DNA of 64,000 nt from Gemmatimonadales bacterium (lineage in GTDB: Bacteria > Gemmatimonadota > Gemmatimonadetes > Gemmatimonadales > GWC2-71-9). The notes under the pieces were generated by a model. The model had not been told where the DNA came from. It saw nothing but the letters and a program-made list of their open reading frames with translations, and did not search any database. Where the stretch lies: NCBI GenBank assembly GCA_035602245.1, contig DATNMO010000020.1, forward strand, positions 45,648 to 109,647. Reading direction: 5' to 3'. A program made the translations under genes and the position numbers. Numbering within the stretch: position 1 is the stretch's first letter; each line of letters begins with the position of its first letter. Shown one piece after another: positions 38,857 to 48,090 of this stretch.

Positions 38857-40608
38857 ATGCGCACGACGCTTGCTTTGCTCCTCGCGGCACTCGCCCTCTC
38901 CTGCGGCGGCGCGCCCGCCCCCGCCCCCGGGCCCGCGCCTCTCGCGCCGGTCGTACGCGGCCCGCCCGTCATCCCGTCCACCTGGACGCTGAAATCGACT
39001 CCGGTCACGGCGCCGCACGCGATGGTCGTGACGGCACATCCGCTCGCAACGCAGGCCGGTGTGGATATCCTCAAGCGCGGCGGCAACGCGATCGACGCAG
39101 CCGTCACTGTCGCCTTCGCGCTCGCCGTGGTGCTGCCAGACGCCGGCAACATCGGCGGCGGCGGCTTCATCGTGCACCGCAGCGCCGCGGGCGAGGTGCA
39201 GGCGCTCGACTACCGCGAGGCGGCTCCCGGCGGAGCGTCGCACGACATGTACCTCGACTCGGCGGGCAACGTCACCGATAAAGGCCTCACGGGCCATCTG
39301 GCCGTCGGCGTCCCGGGGAGCGTCGCCGGACTGTACGAAGCGTGGAAGCGCCACGGTTCACTTCCCTGGGCCACGCTCGTCGCGCCGGCGATCCAGCTCG
39401 CGCGCGAGGGCCACCGGATCGACGCCGAGCGGCACGGCGACATCGCGGCCGACGCCTCCCGGCTGGCGCGATTCCCCGCATCGGCGCAACAGTTCCTGCC
39501 CGGTGGGGGGGGTCATCCGCCCGCAGTCGGCACATTGTGGAAGCAGCCCGATCTCGCGCGCACGCTGCAGTTGATCAGCGACTCCGGACCGAGTGTGTTC
39601 TACCAAGGCCAGATCGGCGACTTGATCGTCGCCGAGATGCAGCGGGGTGGCGGCTTGATCACCAAGAACGATCTGCGCAGCTACAGGCCCAAATGGCGCA
39701 CGCCCATCCAGCTCAGCTACCGCGGCTACACGATCTACTCGATGCCGCCGGCCAGCTCGGGTGGGGTCACGATGGGCGAGATCCTCAACATCATGGAAGG
39801 CTACGATACCCTGCCGGCCTTCGGCACCGCGGCCTACACGCACCTGTTGACGGAAGCGATGCGCCGCGCCTTCATCGACCGGAACCGCTGGCTCGGCGAC
39901 CCCGATTTCGTGGACATGCCGCTGGAGCGGCTGCTATCCAAGTCCTACGCCGCGCAGCTCCGGGCCCAGATCGATCCCCACCACGCCACTCCGACACCGC
40001 CACTGACAGAGAGCGGCGGAGCTGGTAGCCACACCACGCACTACTCGATCGTAGACGCGAGCGGCAACGCCGCATCGGTCACCACGACGCTGAATGACGG
40101 CTTCGGCAGCGCGGTCACGGTGACGGGCGGCGGGTTCTTACTGAACAATGAGATGGATGATTTCACGTCGGCGCCCGGCAAGCCGAACATGTACGGCCTG
40201 GTGCAGGGTGAGGCGAATTCGATCGCTCCGGGCAAGCGGATGCTGTCGGCGATGACGCCGTCGATTGTGCTCGATCGTAGCGGGCAGCTGATGATGGTGG
40301 TGGGAACGCCGGGCGGGCCCACGATCATCACGACGGTCGCCCAGGTGATCCTCAATGTGTTGGACCAGCGGATGACGCTCGCGGAGGCCGTGGCGGCGCC
40401 GCGGATCCATCATCAGGCGCTGCCGGATACGATTCGCTACGAGCGGGGCGGCCTCAGCGAGCAAACCGTGAGCGCGCTCAGGCAGATGGGTCACGGCGTG
40501 CAGATGCGGCGCGGTACCAGTGGCATCGTGGCCGCCATACAACACACCGCCAGCGGGTGGGTCGGTGTTGCCGACCCGCGGTACGCCGGCGGTGCGTTAG
40601 GCTACTGA
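38857..40608 (+). CDS. ggt: Gamma-glutamyltransferase
   Basis: GGNAIDAAV, LDYREAAP, autocleavage HTTHYSIVD, NNEMDDF, LSAMTP. Confidence 0.95.
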   Translation: MRTTLALLLAALALSCGGAPAPAPGPAPLAPVVRGPPVIPSTWTLKSTPVTAPHAMVVTAHPLATQAGVDILKRGGNAIDAAVTVAFALAVVLPDAGNIGGGGFIVHRSAAGEVQALDYREAAPGGASHDMYLDSAGNVTDKGLTGHLAVGVPGSVAGLYEAWKRHGSLPWATLVAPAIQLAREGHRIDAERHGDIAADASRLARFPASAQQFLPGGGGHPPAVGTLWKQPDLARTLQLISDSGPSVFYQGQIGDLIVAEMQRGGGLITKNDLRSYRPKWRTPIQLSYRGYTIYSMPPASSGGVTMGEILNIMEGYDTLPAFGTAAYTHLLTEAMRRAFIDRNRWLGDPDFVDMPLERLLSKSYAAQLRAQIDPHHATPTPPLTESGGAGSHTTHYSIVDASGNAASVTTTLNDGFGSAVTVTGGGFLLNNEMDDFTSAPGKPNMYGLVQGEANSIAPGKRMLSAMTPSIVLDRSGQLMMVVGTPGGPTIITTVAQVILNVLDQRMTLAEAVAAPRIHHQALPDTIRYERGGLSEQTVSALRQMGHGVQMRRGTSGIVAAIQHTASGWVGVADPRYAGGALGY

Positions 40609-40622
40609 ACCTGCGAAAACTG

Positions 40623-41291
40623 TTACTTGCTGGCCGTGACTGTCAGCGGCTCGCTGACGGTGACCAGGATGTGCGCCCCGCTGGGAAGCACGATGTCAAC
40701 GTCCTTGGTCTCCGCGGCGTACCCTGCGCCGGCCATACCGCCGACAACGGCGCCAATCACCGTGCCCTTGGTGTTCTTCGACAGGACCTGGCCCACGACC
40801 GCACCGGCGGCCGCGCCCACGGCGACCTTCGCCGCGTCGTTGCCGTTGATGGGCTGATTACGGCGCTCGGTCGCGACTTCGTCGATCGTGGCTGAGATCG
40901 GATAGGTCCTGCCGTTCGCTTCAACCGTGGACAGCGCCAGCGTCAGCGTGCCCGGAGTGCGACGGTTAGGCGCCGGCTTTACGGCGATCACGAGGCCGTT
41001 CACGGTAGAGCCGGCCGCGATCACGACGTTGCCTGACGGGTCGCGGACGTCACTGACGATCTTCGCAGTGAAGGTGTCACCCGCCTTGTTCTTGCGGGAG
41101 GTGAGTTCGTTGTTGATCGTCATGTCGATCCGCGTCCCACTTGGGGCGGTGTAGGAGACGGGGGTGGCCGACTTGCTCCGCTCACGCACGGCGCGGTCGG
41201 GTTGGCCAGCCTGCCCGCCCTTGGGCGAACATGCACCTATGGCAGCGACACTCGCCAACAGGGCGAGGGCGATCCAGTTGTTACGGGTCAT
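40623..41291 (-). CDS. Lipoprotein with TrbI-like beta domain and glycine zipper (paralog 1)
   Basis: Lipobox IGAC; KAGDTFTA..GTLTL..AAAGAVVGQVL..GAVVGG..DIVLPSG. Confidence 0.75.
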   Translation of the reverse strand: MTRNNWIALALLASVAAIGACSPKGGQAGQPDRAVRERSKSATPVSYTAPSGTRIDMTINNELTSRKNKAGDTFTAKIVSDVRDPSGNVVIAAGSTVNGLVIAVKPAPNRRTPGTLTLALSTVEANGRTYPISATIDEVATERRNQPINGNDAAKVAVGAAAGAVVGQVLSKNTKGTVIGAVVGGMAGAGYAAETKDVDIVLPSGAHILVTVSEPLTVTASK

Positions 41292-41409
41292 GGCATTTCC
41301 TCTCGGGTGTTGAGTGAACTGTATGGAGCCAAAGGAAGCCGGTTATCCCGGGATGCGGTATTCCTCACAGGACTCCATTCCTAAGGGTGAAAAACGCTCA
41401 GTCCTTGGA

Positions 41410-41547
41410 ATGACTCGGCGACAATCTGACTTGCGAGCCGTGGACACCGCGGACGTCTGCATCGTGGGGTCGGGCGCCGGCGGCGGCATGGCCGCCTACG
41501 TGCTCACGCGCGCCGGTCTGCGCGTCACGCTGCTGGAGGCCGGCGAC
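41410..41547 (+). pseudogene. 5' fragment of a GMC-family FAD oxidoreductase
   Basis: [31 protein letters not shown] (FAD beta-alpha-beta fold), then abrupt loss of similarity. Confidence 0.75.
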
Positions 41548-41550
41548 GGC

Positions 41551-41616
41551 CCAACTCCCCCAGATGAAGTACTGGAGGAACATCATCGCCGATAGCTTGG
41601 CCCCCGCCCGAGGCAA
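41551..41616 (-). pseudogene. 5' fragment of an MFS nucleoside:H+ symporter (NupG/XapB family)
   Basis: [16 protein letters not shown] matches the family's first TM; TTG 5 nt after the upstream stop. Confidence 0.7.
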
Positions 41617-41621
41617 GGGCG

Positions 41622-42443
41622 TCAGGGCGCCGTGACCGCGAGTTCCTTCGTCAGCCTGACGATGATGTGCGCTCCGGCCGGCAACACGATGTCGGAGGCC
41701 TTGGTTTGCGTGGCCACACCGGCGCCCGCGATGCCGCCCACCACCCCCCCGATGATCGTGCCCTTCTTGTTCCCGCCGATCACGCGGCCGAGCACCGCGC
41801 CTGCGACGGCGCCTACGCCCACTTTGGCCGCGTCGCCCGACGTCACGCCCCGGCCCTTGTGCACGGTCTCGAGCGAGTCGATCGACGCCTCGATCGGATA
41901 AGTGTTTCCGCGCACCGTGATACTCGTTACCGTCAACGTGAGGGTACCGGGCGTCCGGGGATTCGGCGCGGGCTTGACGTCGGCGATCTTGCCATTGACG
42001 ACGGAGCCCGCCGGAATGATGACGTCACCCGAGGCGGTCTTGACGTCCTCCACCACTCTCGCGCTGAAGGGATCCCCCGGTTTGGCGGTGCGCGACGAGA
42101 TCGTGTCGGTCGCGGCCATATCGAACCGGGCACCAGGAGCGAGGCGCAGCGTGGCGCGGGCCGGTGTGTTCGGCCGCCCGGCGGCGGCGGGAGGTGCCGG
42201 AGGAGGCGCCGGCCGGCGGGCGGGCGGTTGCGTCCGCGGGGGAGCCGCAGGTTTCGCCGCGGGCTGATGCTCCGGCATGTCACGCATCGCGGCCGAGGAC
42301 TCGGCGGGCGCGAGGGTGAGGTTGCGCGCGGTCGAATCAGGCGACTGACTCGCCTGCTGCCCCTTCTGGCACGCGCTCATGCCGAACGCGGCGAGTGCGG
42401 CCAGGACGGCGACCGGGCGGGCGATCCGAAGTAGCTGCGTCAT
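41622..42443 (-). CDS. Lipoprotein with Pro-rich linker, TrbI-like domain and glycine zipper (paralog 2)
   Basis: Lipobox MSAC; KPGDPFSA..KPAPNPRTPGTLTL..GAVAGAVLG..DIVLPAG; leader resembles paralog 1. Confidence 0.75.
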   Translation of the reverse strand: MTQLLRIARPVAVLAALAAFGMSACQKGQQASQSPDSTARNLTLAPAESSAAMRDMPEHQPAAKPAAPPRTQPPARRPAPPPAPPAAAGRPNTPARATLRLAPGARFDMAATDTISSRTAKPGDPFSARVVEDVKTASGDVIIPAGSVVNGKIADVKPAPNPRTPGTLTLTVTSITVRGNTYPIEASIDSLETVHKGRGVTSGDAAKVGVGAVAGAVLGRVIGGNKKGTIIGGVVGGIAGAGVATQTKASDIVLPAGAHIIVRLTKELAVTAP

Positions 42444-42507
42444 GGGAATTCCTCTCTGTGGACGGGCGAATGTCAGCAATTGGGTACCCGGCAGGCCGTA
42501 GCAGGTT

Positions 42508-43233
42508 CTACAGCCGGCGCTTGAGGGACTCGGGTGTAAGTCCCTGCAGGTACCCTGCGAGCAATGTGAAGCTGTCGGTGACGAGCAGGATGCCCAGCAC
42601 GATCAGCATCCCGCCCGCGATGCGGTCCACCCATACGATGTAGGGCCGGAACCGTTGGAACCAGATGAGGAACCGGTCCAGCGCCAGGGCCGTGAGGAGA
42701 AACGGCACTGCCAGCCCCAGCGCGTACGCCGCGAGCAGGGCCGTACCCTGGATCAGCTCGCTCCGCGTCGCGGCCAGGGTGAGGATGCCCCCTAAGATGG
42801 GGCCGATGCACGGTGTCCACGCCGCGCCGAACGTGAAGCCCACGACCCCCGACCCGAAATAACCCAGCGGTTTCCGGGAGAGCTCGATGCGGCGCTCGCG
42901 CATCAGGAACGCGGGGCGCAGCACGCCCAGCAGGTAGAGTCCAAACAGGATGACGAGGACCCCGCCGACACGTCCCAGCCAGTGTTGATAATCCCGTAGC
43001 AGCGCCCCCAAACCCGAGGCGGCAGCGCCGAGCAGCACGAAGACGAGCGTGAACCCGGCGACGAACCACAGCCCGTGCAGCACGGCGGTGCCCCGGCGCG
43101 TCTGGAGCTGGTCCGCCGACATCCCGGTGAGAAACCCGACGTAGCTCGGGATCAACGGAAGGACGCAAGGCGACAGGAAGCTCAGCAGTCCGGCGGTGAA
43201 TGCGACGGCGAGCGAGACTCCGGGCTCGGTCAC
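42508..43233 (-). CDS. ccdA: Cytochrome c biogenesis/disulfide transporter CcdA
   Basis: AGLLSFLSPCVLPLIPSY and AWTPCIGPIL. Confidence 0.95.
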   Translation of the reverse strand: MTEPGVSLAVAFTAGLLSFLSPCVLPLIPSYVGFLTGMSADQLQTRRGTAVLHGLWFVAGFTLVFVLLGAAASGLGALLRDYQHWLGRVGGVLVILFGLYLLGVLRPAFLMRERRIELSRKPLGYFGSGVVGFTFGAAWTPCIGPILGGILTLAATRSELIQGTALLAAYALGLAVPFLLTALALDRFLIWFQRFRPYIVWVDRIAGGMLIVLGILLVTDSFTLLAGYLQGLTPESLKRRL

Positions 43234-43234
43234 A

Positions 43235-43780
43235 CTACCCGCAGAACGCAACCGCCGACACGACGGTCGTCCAGCGGGCGTCCGAGCCACACTCGGCGGT
43301 CGAGGTGACGTTCATGGTGCGAACGATCTCACCCGACAACAGCCATTGCTCGCGGCGCTCGTCCCATGCCTTGTCGGGATCGAACGGTACGCCGAGCACC
43401 GTGCCCAGCATCGAGGCGGCGAGATCCTCGGCGTATTCGCCCGCCGCGATTTCGTTTTGCCCGTAGCTGTGATGCTCGGAGATGTATCCGTGATGGGACG
43501 GATCGGCGGGAAGCGCCAGGCCGATCGACGCCGCCACCAGCCGGCTCGGCTCGTTCGTGGACGACTCCGCGACCACGGTGAACAGGATCTGACCGGGCTT
43601 GAGCATGCTCAGCCCTTCCTCGCGGTCCACCAGCTCACAATGGGGAGGGAAGATCGAGCTCACCCGCACGAGATTGAAATTGGCAAGATGCGCATCCCGC
43701 AGCGCCATCTCGAAGCTCGTGAGTTTTTCCTTGTGCCGACCCACGCCCTTAGTGAGAAAGGCCTTGGTCGGGATGAACAT
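43235..43780 (-). CDS. Pyruvoyl-dependent arginine decarboxylase
   Basis: [22 protein letters not shown] (Ser-Ser cleavage site), [15 protein letters not shown]. Confidence 0.9.
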   Translation of the reverse strand: MFIPTKAFLTKGVGRHKEKLTSFEMALRDAHLANFNLVRVSSIFPPHCELVDREEGLSMLKPGQILFTVVAESSTNEPSRLVAASIGLALPADPSHHGYISEHHSYGQNEIAAGEYAEDLAASMLGTVLGVPFDPDKAWDERREQWLLSGEIVRTMNVTSTAECGSDARWTTVVSAVAFCG

Positions 43781-43800
43781 TCGTGAGTCGATCAACCCAG

Positions 43801-44274
43801 TTACCTCGCGCGCGCTAGAGGGTTCGACTGCTGACAGCTCGGGCACAGGCCGTAAATCTCGAGGCGGTGGTGGTGGGGCCGGAACGCCACCTCCTCCGCG
43901 AGCAGGGCGATCATCCGCTCCAGCCGGTCGTTCGAAAACTCCGTCACCGCGCCGCACGCGGAGCAGATGCAGTGCTCATGCGGCTGTCCTTCTCCGTCCA
44001 CCGACCCCGGCTCGTAGCGCTTGAACCCGTCGCCGAAATCGCGCTCCTTCACCAGCCCGCTCCGGACCAGGAGGTCGAGGGTCCGGTACACGGTCGCGGT
44101 ACCGACGGCGCCGCCGCGGCCGGCGACCCGCGCCGCGATTTCTTCGGCGGACAGGTGCGCGCCGGAGACGAAGATCGCTTCCGCCACGGCGAGCCGCTGC
44201 TGCGTCACCGGCAGGTTGTGATCGTGCAGGTGACGCCGGAACGCCTCCAGCAACCGCTGACCGTCAACCTGCAT
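43801..44274 (-). CDS. Fur-family transcriptional regulator
   Basis: [43 protein letters not shown]. Confidence 0.93.
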   Translation of the reverse strand: MQVDGQRLLEAFRRHLHDHNLPVTQQRLAVAEAIFVSGAHLSAEEIAARVAGRGGAVGTATVYRTLDLLVRSGLVKERDFGDGFKRYEPGSVDGEGQPHEHCICSACGAVTEFSNDRLERMIALLAEEVAFRPHHHRLEIYGLCPSCQQSNPLARAR

Positions 44275-44710
44275 ACCACGCTCCGGGACCCAGCTCCAGC
44301 GGCGGTTCCGTCTCGCCACCCCGGTCCGCCGCGGCCTGCATGACGTTCGCCAATACCGCCGCGGGACTGAGTCCGACTTCCACCACCTCGACCTTGGCCT
44401 GGCCGCGCTCCTTGCCGCGCACGATGAGCATGTATTTGGCCGTGTAGACTCGCAACCGACCCTCGGGCGACGCGCTCTTGCGCGTGACCACCGCCGTGCC
44501 CCATTCCCGTCCCTGCCGTTTGATCGGCCGGAATAGATAAATGGTCTCGATCTCCGCCGGAGGCACCTGTGCCTCCACGGCAGCGGCCACTTTGGCCCAG
44601 CCCGGACCCTGCCCCTCCGGCGCCCCTATCGGGAAAGCGGCGCGGGAGTCGGGTTGGGGGGACGCGGGGGGGCCGGGGGGGCTGGGGGGGCCGGGGGGGC
44701 CTGCTGCCAT
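44264..44710 (-). CDS. Conserved-looking hypothetical protein; start uncertain
   Basis: Protein-like core IETIYLFRPIKRQGREWGTAVV..RVYTAKYML; stop overlaps the Fur start. Confidence 0.6.
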   Translation of the reverse strand: MAAGPPGPPSPPGPPASPQPDSRAAFPIGAPEGQGPGWAKVAAAVEAQVPPAEIETIYLFRPIKRQGREWGTAVVTRKSASPEGRLRVYTAKYMLIVRGKERGQAKVEVVEVGLSPAAVLANVMQAAADRGGETEPPLELGPGAWYAG

Positions 44711-45795
44711 CGCTCGACGTAGAAGCGCAGGACGTGCATGAAATCCTGCGCGTTGGTGACGACGCCATATGCCTGGTGAGTGCCGCGGTCGCGCAGCTTG
44801 TTCACCACGAACTCGGTCTGGTCCACGCACACCGTGGTCAGGGGTCGCACTTCTTCGGGATCGGGCGAGTCCACGAACGCCGGCAGCATGTTGCCCACGG
44901 CGATCGCGTGCAGTGCCGTCGCGACGAACACCGCGAAAGTGGCGACGGCGGTGTGTGCGCGCATCGCGTCCTGGGCGGCCAGCGTATCGGGTATGACGTC
45001 CGGCAACGGCCCGTCGTCGCGGATCGACCCGGCGAGCACATAGGGGATGTGGTGCGTGACCAGCGCGTGCATGATGCCGCTCGTCGCGATCCCTTGCCGC
45101 ACCGCGGCCTCGATCGATCCGGCGCGCCGGACGGCGTTGATCGCGCGCATGTGCAGCGCGTGGCCGCCCTCGACGCCTTCCCCCGAGCTCGACATCCCGA
45201 GCGTCGTGCCGAAGATCGCCGCCTCGAGGTCGTGCACGGCGACAGCATTGCCGCCGAGCAGCGCGCCCACGTACCCGTTCTCGATGAACCAGATCATGTC
45301 TTCGCGGGCGCGGGCGTGCACGAGCGCGGGACCGATCACCCAGAGGATCTTGCCGCCGCGCTCTTTCTCCTCGCCGAGCAACTGGGCGAGGACGCTGTAA
45401 TCCACGGGCCGCTCGCGCGAGACCTCGGTCTGCATGAAGCGGAATTCGTTGGCGCTGTGCGTGCCGCCGAGGAAGCCCTCGGAATGGATGTAGATCCCTT
45501 CACTCCCGTCTTCGGTCGCCCCGATGGCGACCTTGTCGCCGCGGTGCACTCGGCGCGGCTCGAGCACGACGAGATCATCGGGCGGGTTATGCACGATGAC
45601 GCAGTCCATGCGCGGCAGCCGCGGCCGCCGCCACCCGCCGGACAGCTTCACGTACGTCGGCAGGTTCGTGGTCGAAAAAAAACCGTCGGGCAGAACCCCG
45701 TCGGCCGGTGCGGGCGTGAACCGCGCGTCGGGTGCCCCCGAGAACGGCGGCGCGGTGAAGTTGGGTAGCCGGTACTGAAAGCGGGGGCGGCTCAC
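44626..45795 (-). CDS. TIGR00300/LOR-SDH-like protein, related to the ArgZ/AgrE C-terminal ornithine cyclodeaminase region
   Basis: FFSTTNLPTYV, RMDCVIV, FRFMQTEVSRE, GNAVAVHDLE, VLAGSIRDDGPLP, ATALHAIAVGN. Confidence 0.8.
   Translation of the reverse strand: MSRPRFQYRLPNFTAPPFSGAPDARFTPAPADGVLPDGFFSTTNLPTYVKLSGGWRRPRLPRMDCVIVHNPPDDLVVLEPRRVHRGDKVAIGATEDGSEGIYIHSEGFLGGTHSANEFRFMQTEVSRERPVDYSVLAQLLGEEKERGGKILWVIGPALVHARAREDMIWFIENGYVGALLGGNAVAVHDLEAAIFGTTLGMSSSGEGVEGGHALHMRAINAVRRAGSIEAAVRQGIATSGIMHALVTHHIPYVLAGSIRDDGPLPDVIPDTLAAQDAMRAHTAVATFAVFVATALHAIAVGNMLPAFVDSPDPEEVRPLTTVCVDQTEFVVNKLRDRGTHQAYGVVTNAQDFMHVLRFYVERWQQAPPAPPAPPAPPRPPNPTPAPLSR
44656..44699 (+). repeat. 9-bp-period G7 tandem repeat, G-quadruplex-capable
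   Basis: G6 followed by four G7 tracts at 44666, 44675, 44684 and 44693. Confidence 0.9.
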
Positions 45796-45828
45796 AGGCC
45801 GGTGAAAATACCCGGAATGAAAGCGCTT

Positions 45829-48090
45829 TCACAAGAGTGAAACGGGGTCGCGGTCCACAGTCACCGCGCGGTGCGCCTTCGCCCGCCAGGCCCGTACGAC
45901 GCGGCCGAGCACCCGGGGCTCCGCAGCCTTCGCCAACACGTGCCAGCGCCACCGCCCCTTGAGGCGCATGATCGGACACGGCGCCGGGCCGAGCACGGTC
46001 AGCGCCCCTTCCAGGCGCTCCGCGGAGGCGCGCCGCAGCCACGCCGCGACCTTCTCCGCCAGCGCGCCGGTGCGCGCCTGATCCCGCCCGGTCACCACGA
46101 ACCGCACCAGCCCGATGCGCGGCGGATAGGGCGGTTGTGGCGGGGCGCGGAGCGGCAGCTCGGCTGCCGCGAACGCCGCCACGGAGTGCGCCGCCGCCGC
46201 CCGGATCGCGTGGTGGTCAGGCGCCCGGGTCTGTACGTACACCCGTCCGCCCCGGGGTCCCCTGCCGGCCCGCCCGGCCACCTGCGCCACGAGCTGGAAC
46301 GTGCGCTCGCCGGCCCGGAAGTCCGGGAAATGCAGGCCTGTGTCGGCATCTACGACCCCCACGACCGTCACGTTCGGAAAGTCGAGCCCCTTGGCGATCA
46401 TCTGGGTGCCGAGGAGGATGTTCACCTCGCCCCTCCCCACGCGCTCGAGGATGTGGTGGTGCGCCCATTTGCTGCTGGTGGTGTCGAGGTCCATGCGCGC
46501 GATGCGTGCGTGCGGGAATCGCATTCCCACGAAATGCTCCAGCTGCTGGGTGCCCAGACCGCGAAGTCGCTGCGTGACCTGGCCGCACACGCTGCACGTG
46601 TCAGGAACCGGCTCCTGGTGCCCGCAGTAGTGGCAGCGCAGGGCGGACGGCGTCTGGTGCACGGTCAGGGCAATCGCGCAGTGCGGGCAGCCCGGCACAT
46701 TGCCGCACGCTGGGCATTGCACGAACGTCGCGAAGCCGCGGCGGTTCAAGAGCAGTATGACTTGCTCATCGCGCTCCAAGGCGACACGTACCGCGCCGTC
46801 AAGCGCCTCCGTCCAGGGAATGACACCGGCTTCAGGCACCCGCGGCGCCGTCTTGAGGTCGATCACCTCGACAGGCGGCAGCGGCCTCGCGCCGATCCGC
46901 TGCGGGAGGGCGAACGTCGCCACCCGCCCCTGGGCGGCGAGGTCCAGGGTCTCGAGTGACGGGGTGGCGCTCCCGAGGATCAACCGCGCGCCTTCGAGCT
47001 GCGCCCGAATCGCCGCCGCGTCGCGCGCGTGATAGCGCGGCGCCGAGCCCTGCTTGTAGCTCGCCTCGTGCTCCTCGTCCACCACGATCGCCCCGAGCCG
47101 CTGCACCGGCGCGAACACGGCAGAGCGCGGGCCCACCGCCACGAGACGCTCGCCCCGGCGCAGGGCGCGCCAGGCATCGGCCCGTTCGCCGTCGGACAGT
47201 CCCGAGTGCAGCACCGCCACCTGATCCCCGAACACTCCGCGCACGCGCGCCACGGTCTGCGGCGTGAGCGCGATCTCGGGGACGAGCAGGATGGCACCGT
47301 TGCCCGACGCCACGACGCTACGCAGCACGTCCAGATACACCAGCGTCTTGCCCGATCCGGTCACGCCGTGGACCAGCACGGGCATGTCGACGGGAGTCCC
47401 GAGAATACCGGCGACGACGTCCCGCTGATCGTCGGTCAAGGTGGGCGGCGGCGGTGACGAGAGTCCGGCAAATGGATCGCGCGTCTCGGGCACTCGCTCG
47501 ACGCGCGCGAGCCCCTGGCGCACCAGTCCGTCCAGCGCGCTCGCCGACAGCTTGAGCTGCCCCACGAGATGCGAGAAGGGCGCGGAGCCCCCCAGCGCTT
47601 CGACCGCCTCGTAGGCGGCGCGCCGTTTGGGCGCGCGCTTGAAGCGCCGCTCGCGCTCGAGCAGCGACTCCATGCCGCTCCCCTCTCCCCCGGTGCTCAG
47701 TACGAGTAAGCGCTCGGCGGCGGGCGGAGGACCCGCGGGCCGCAGCACGCTCCACAATGGACCCGGCAGGATCGCGCGCAGCGCCAGGCCGAGCGGCGCA
47801 CCGTAGTAGTCCGAGATCCAGCGGCCCAGCTCGAGCAGCGCCGGGGAGAGGGCGGGCTCGGCATCAGGGGCGCCGGCGAGGGGCTGAGCCGCAACCCCCG
47901 GCTCCGTCGGGCGCGGCACGTCGACCGCGATGACGATGCCGATCACGTTGCGGTGGCGCAGCGGGACGACGACGCGCGCGCCGGGGACCACGCGGTCCGC
48001 CAGTGCGTCGGGAATCTGGTAGGTGTAGGCGCGGGAAACCGGAACGGGGAGGACGACGGCGGCGTAGCGCGCCGGCCCCGATGCCGTCAT
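45829..48090 (-). CDS. priA: Primosomal protein N'
   Basis: HGVTGSGKT, LVPEIALTPQ, DEEHE, CPAC..CPHC..CHYC..CSVC, GTQMIAKGLDFP. Confidence 0.97.
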   Translation of the reverse strand: MTASGPARYAAVVLPVPVSRAYTYQIPDALADRVVPGARVVVPLRHRNVIGIVIAVDVPRPTEPGVAAQPLAGAPDAEPALSPALLELGRWISDYYGAPLGLALRAILPGPLWSVLRPAGPPPAAERLLVLSTGGEGSGMESLLERERRFKRAPKRRAAYEAVEALGGSAPFSHLVGQLKLSASALDGLVRQGLARVERVPETRDPFAGLSSPPPPTLTDDQRDVVAGILGTPVDMPVLVHGVTGSGKTLVYLDVLRSVVASGNGAILLVPEIALTPQTVARVRGVFGDQVAVLHSGLSDGERADAWRALRRGERLVAVGPRSAVFAPVQRLGAIVVDEEHEASYKQGSAPRYHARDAAAIRAQLEGARLILGSATPSLETLDLAAQGRVATFALPQRIGARPLPPVEVIDLKTAPRVPEAGVIPWTEALDGAVRVALERDEQVILLLNRRGFATFVQCPACGNVPGCPHCAIALTVHQTPSALRCHYCGHQEPVPDTCSVCGQVTQRLRGLGTQQLEHFVGMRFPHARIARMDLDTTSSKWAHHHILERVGRGEVNILLGTQMIAKGLDFPNVTVVGVVDADTGLHFPDFRAGERTFQLVAQVAGRAGRGPRGGRVYVQTRAPDHHAIRAAAAHSVAAFAAAELPLRAPPQPPYPPRIGLVRFVVTGRDQARTGALAEKVAAWLRRASAERLEGALTVLGPAPCPIMRLKGRWRWHVLAKAAEPRVLGRVVRAWRAKAHRAVTVDRDPVSLL

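Noticed and set aside
41370-41416. Imperfect hairpin CATTCCTAAGG..CCTTGGAATG as a REP/MITE
   Set aside because: Single degenerate copy in the window with no terminal repeats or target duplication.
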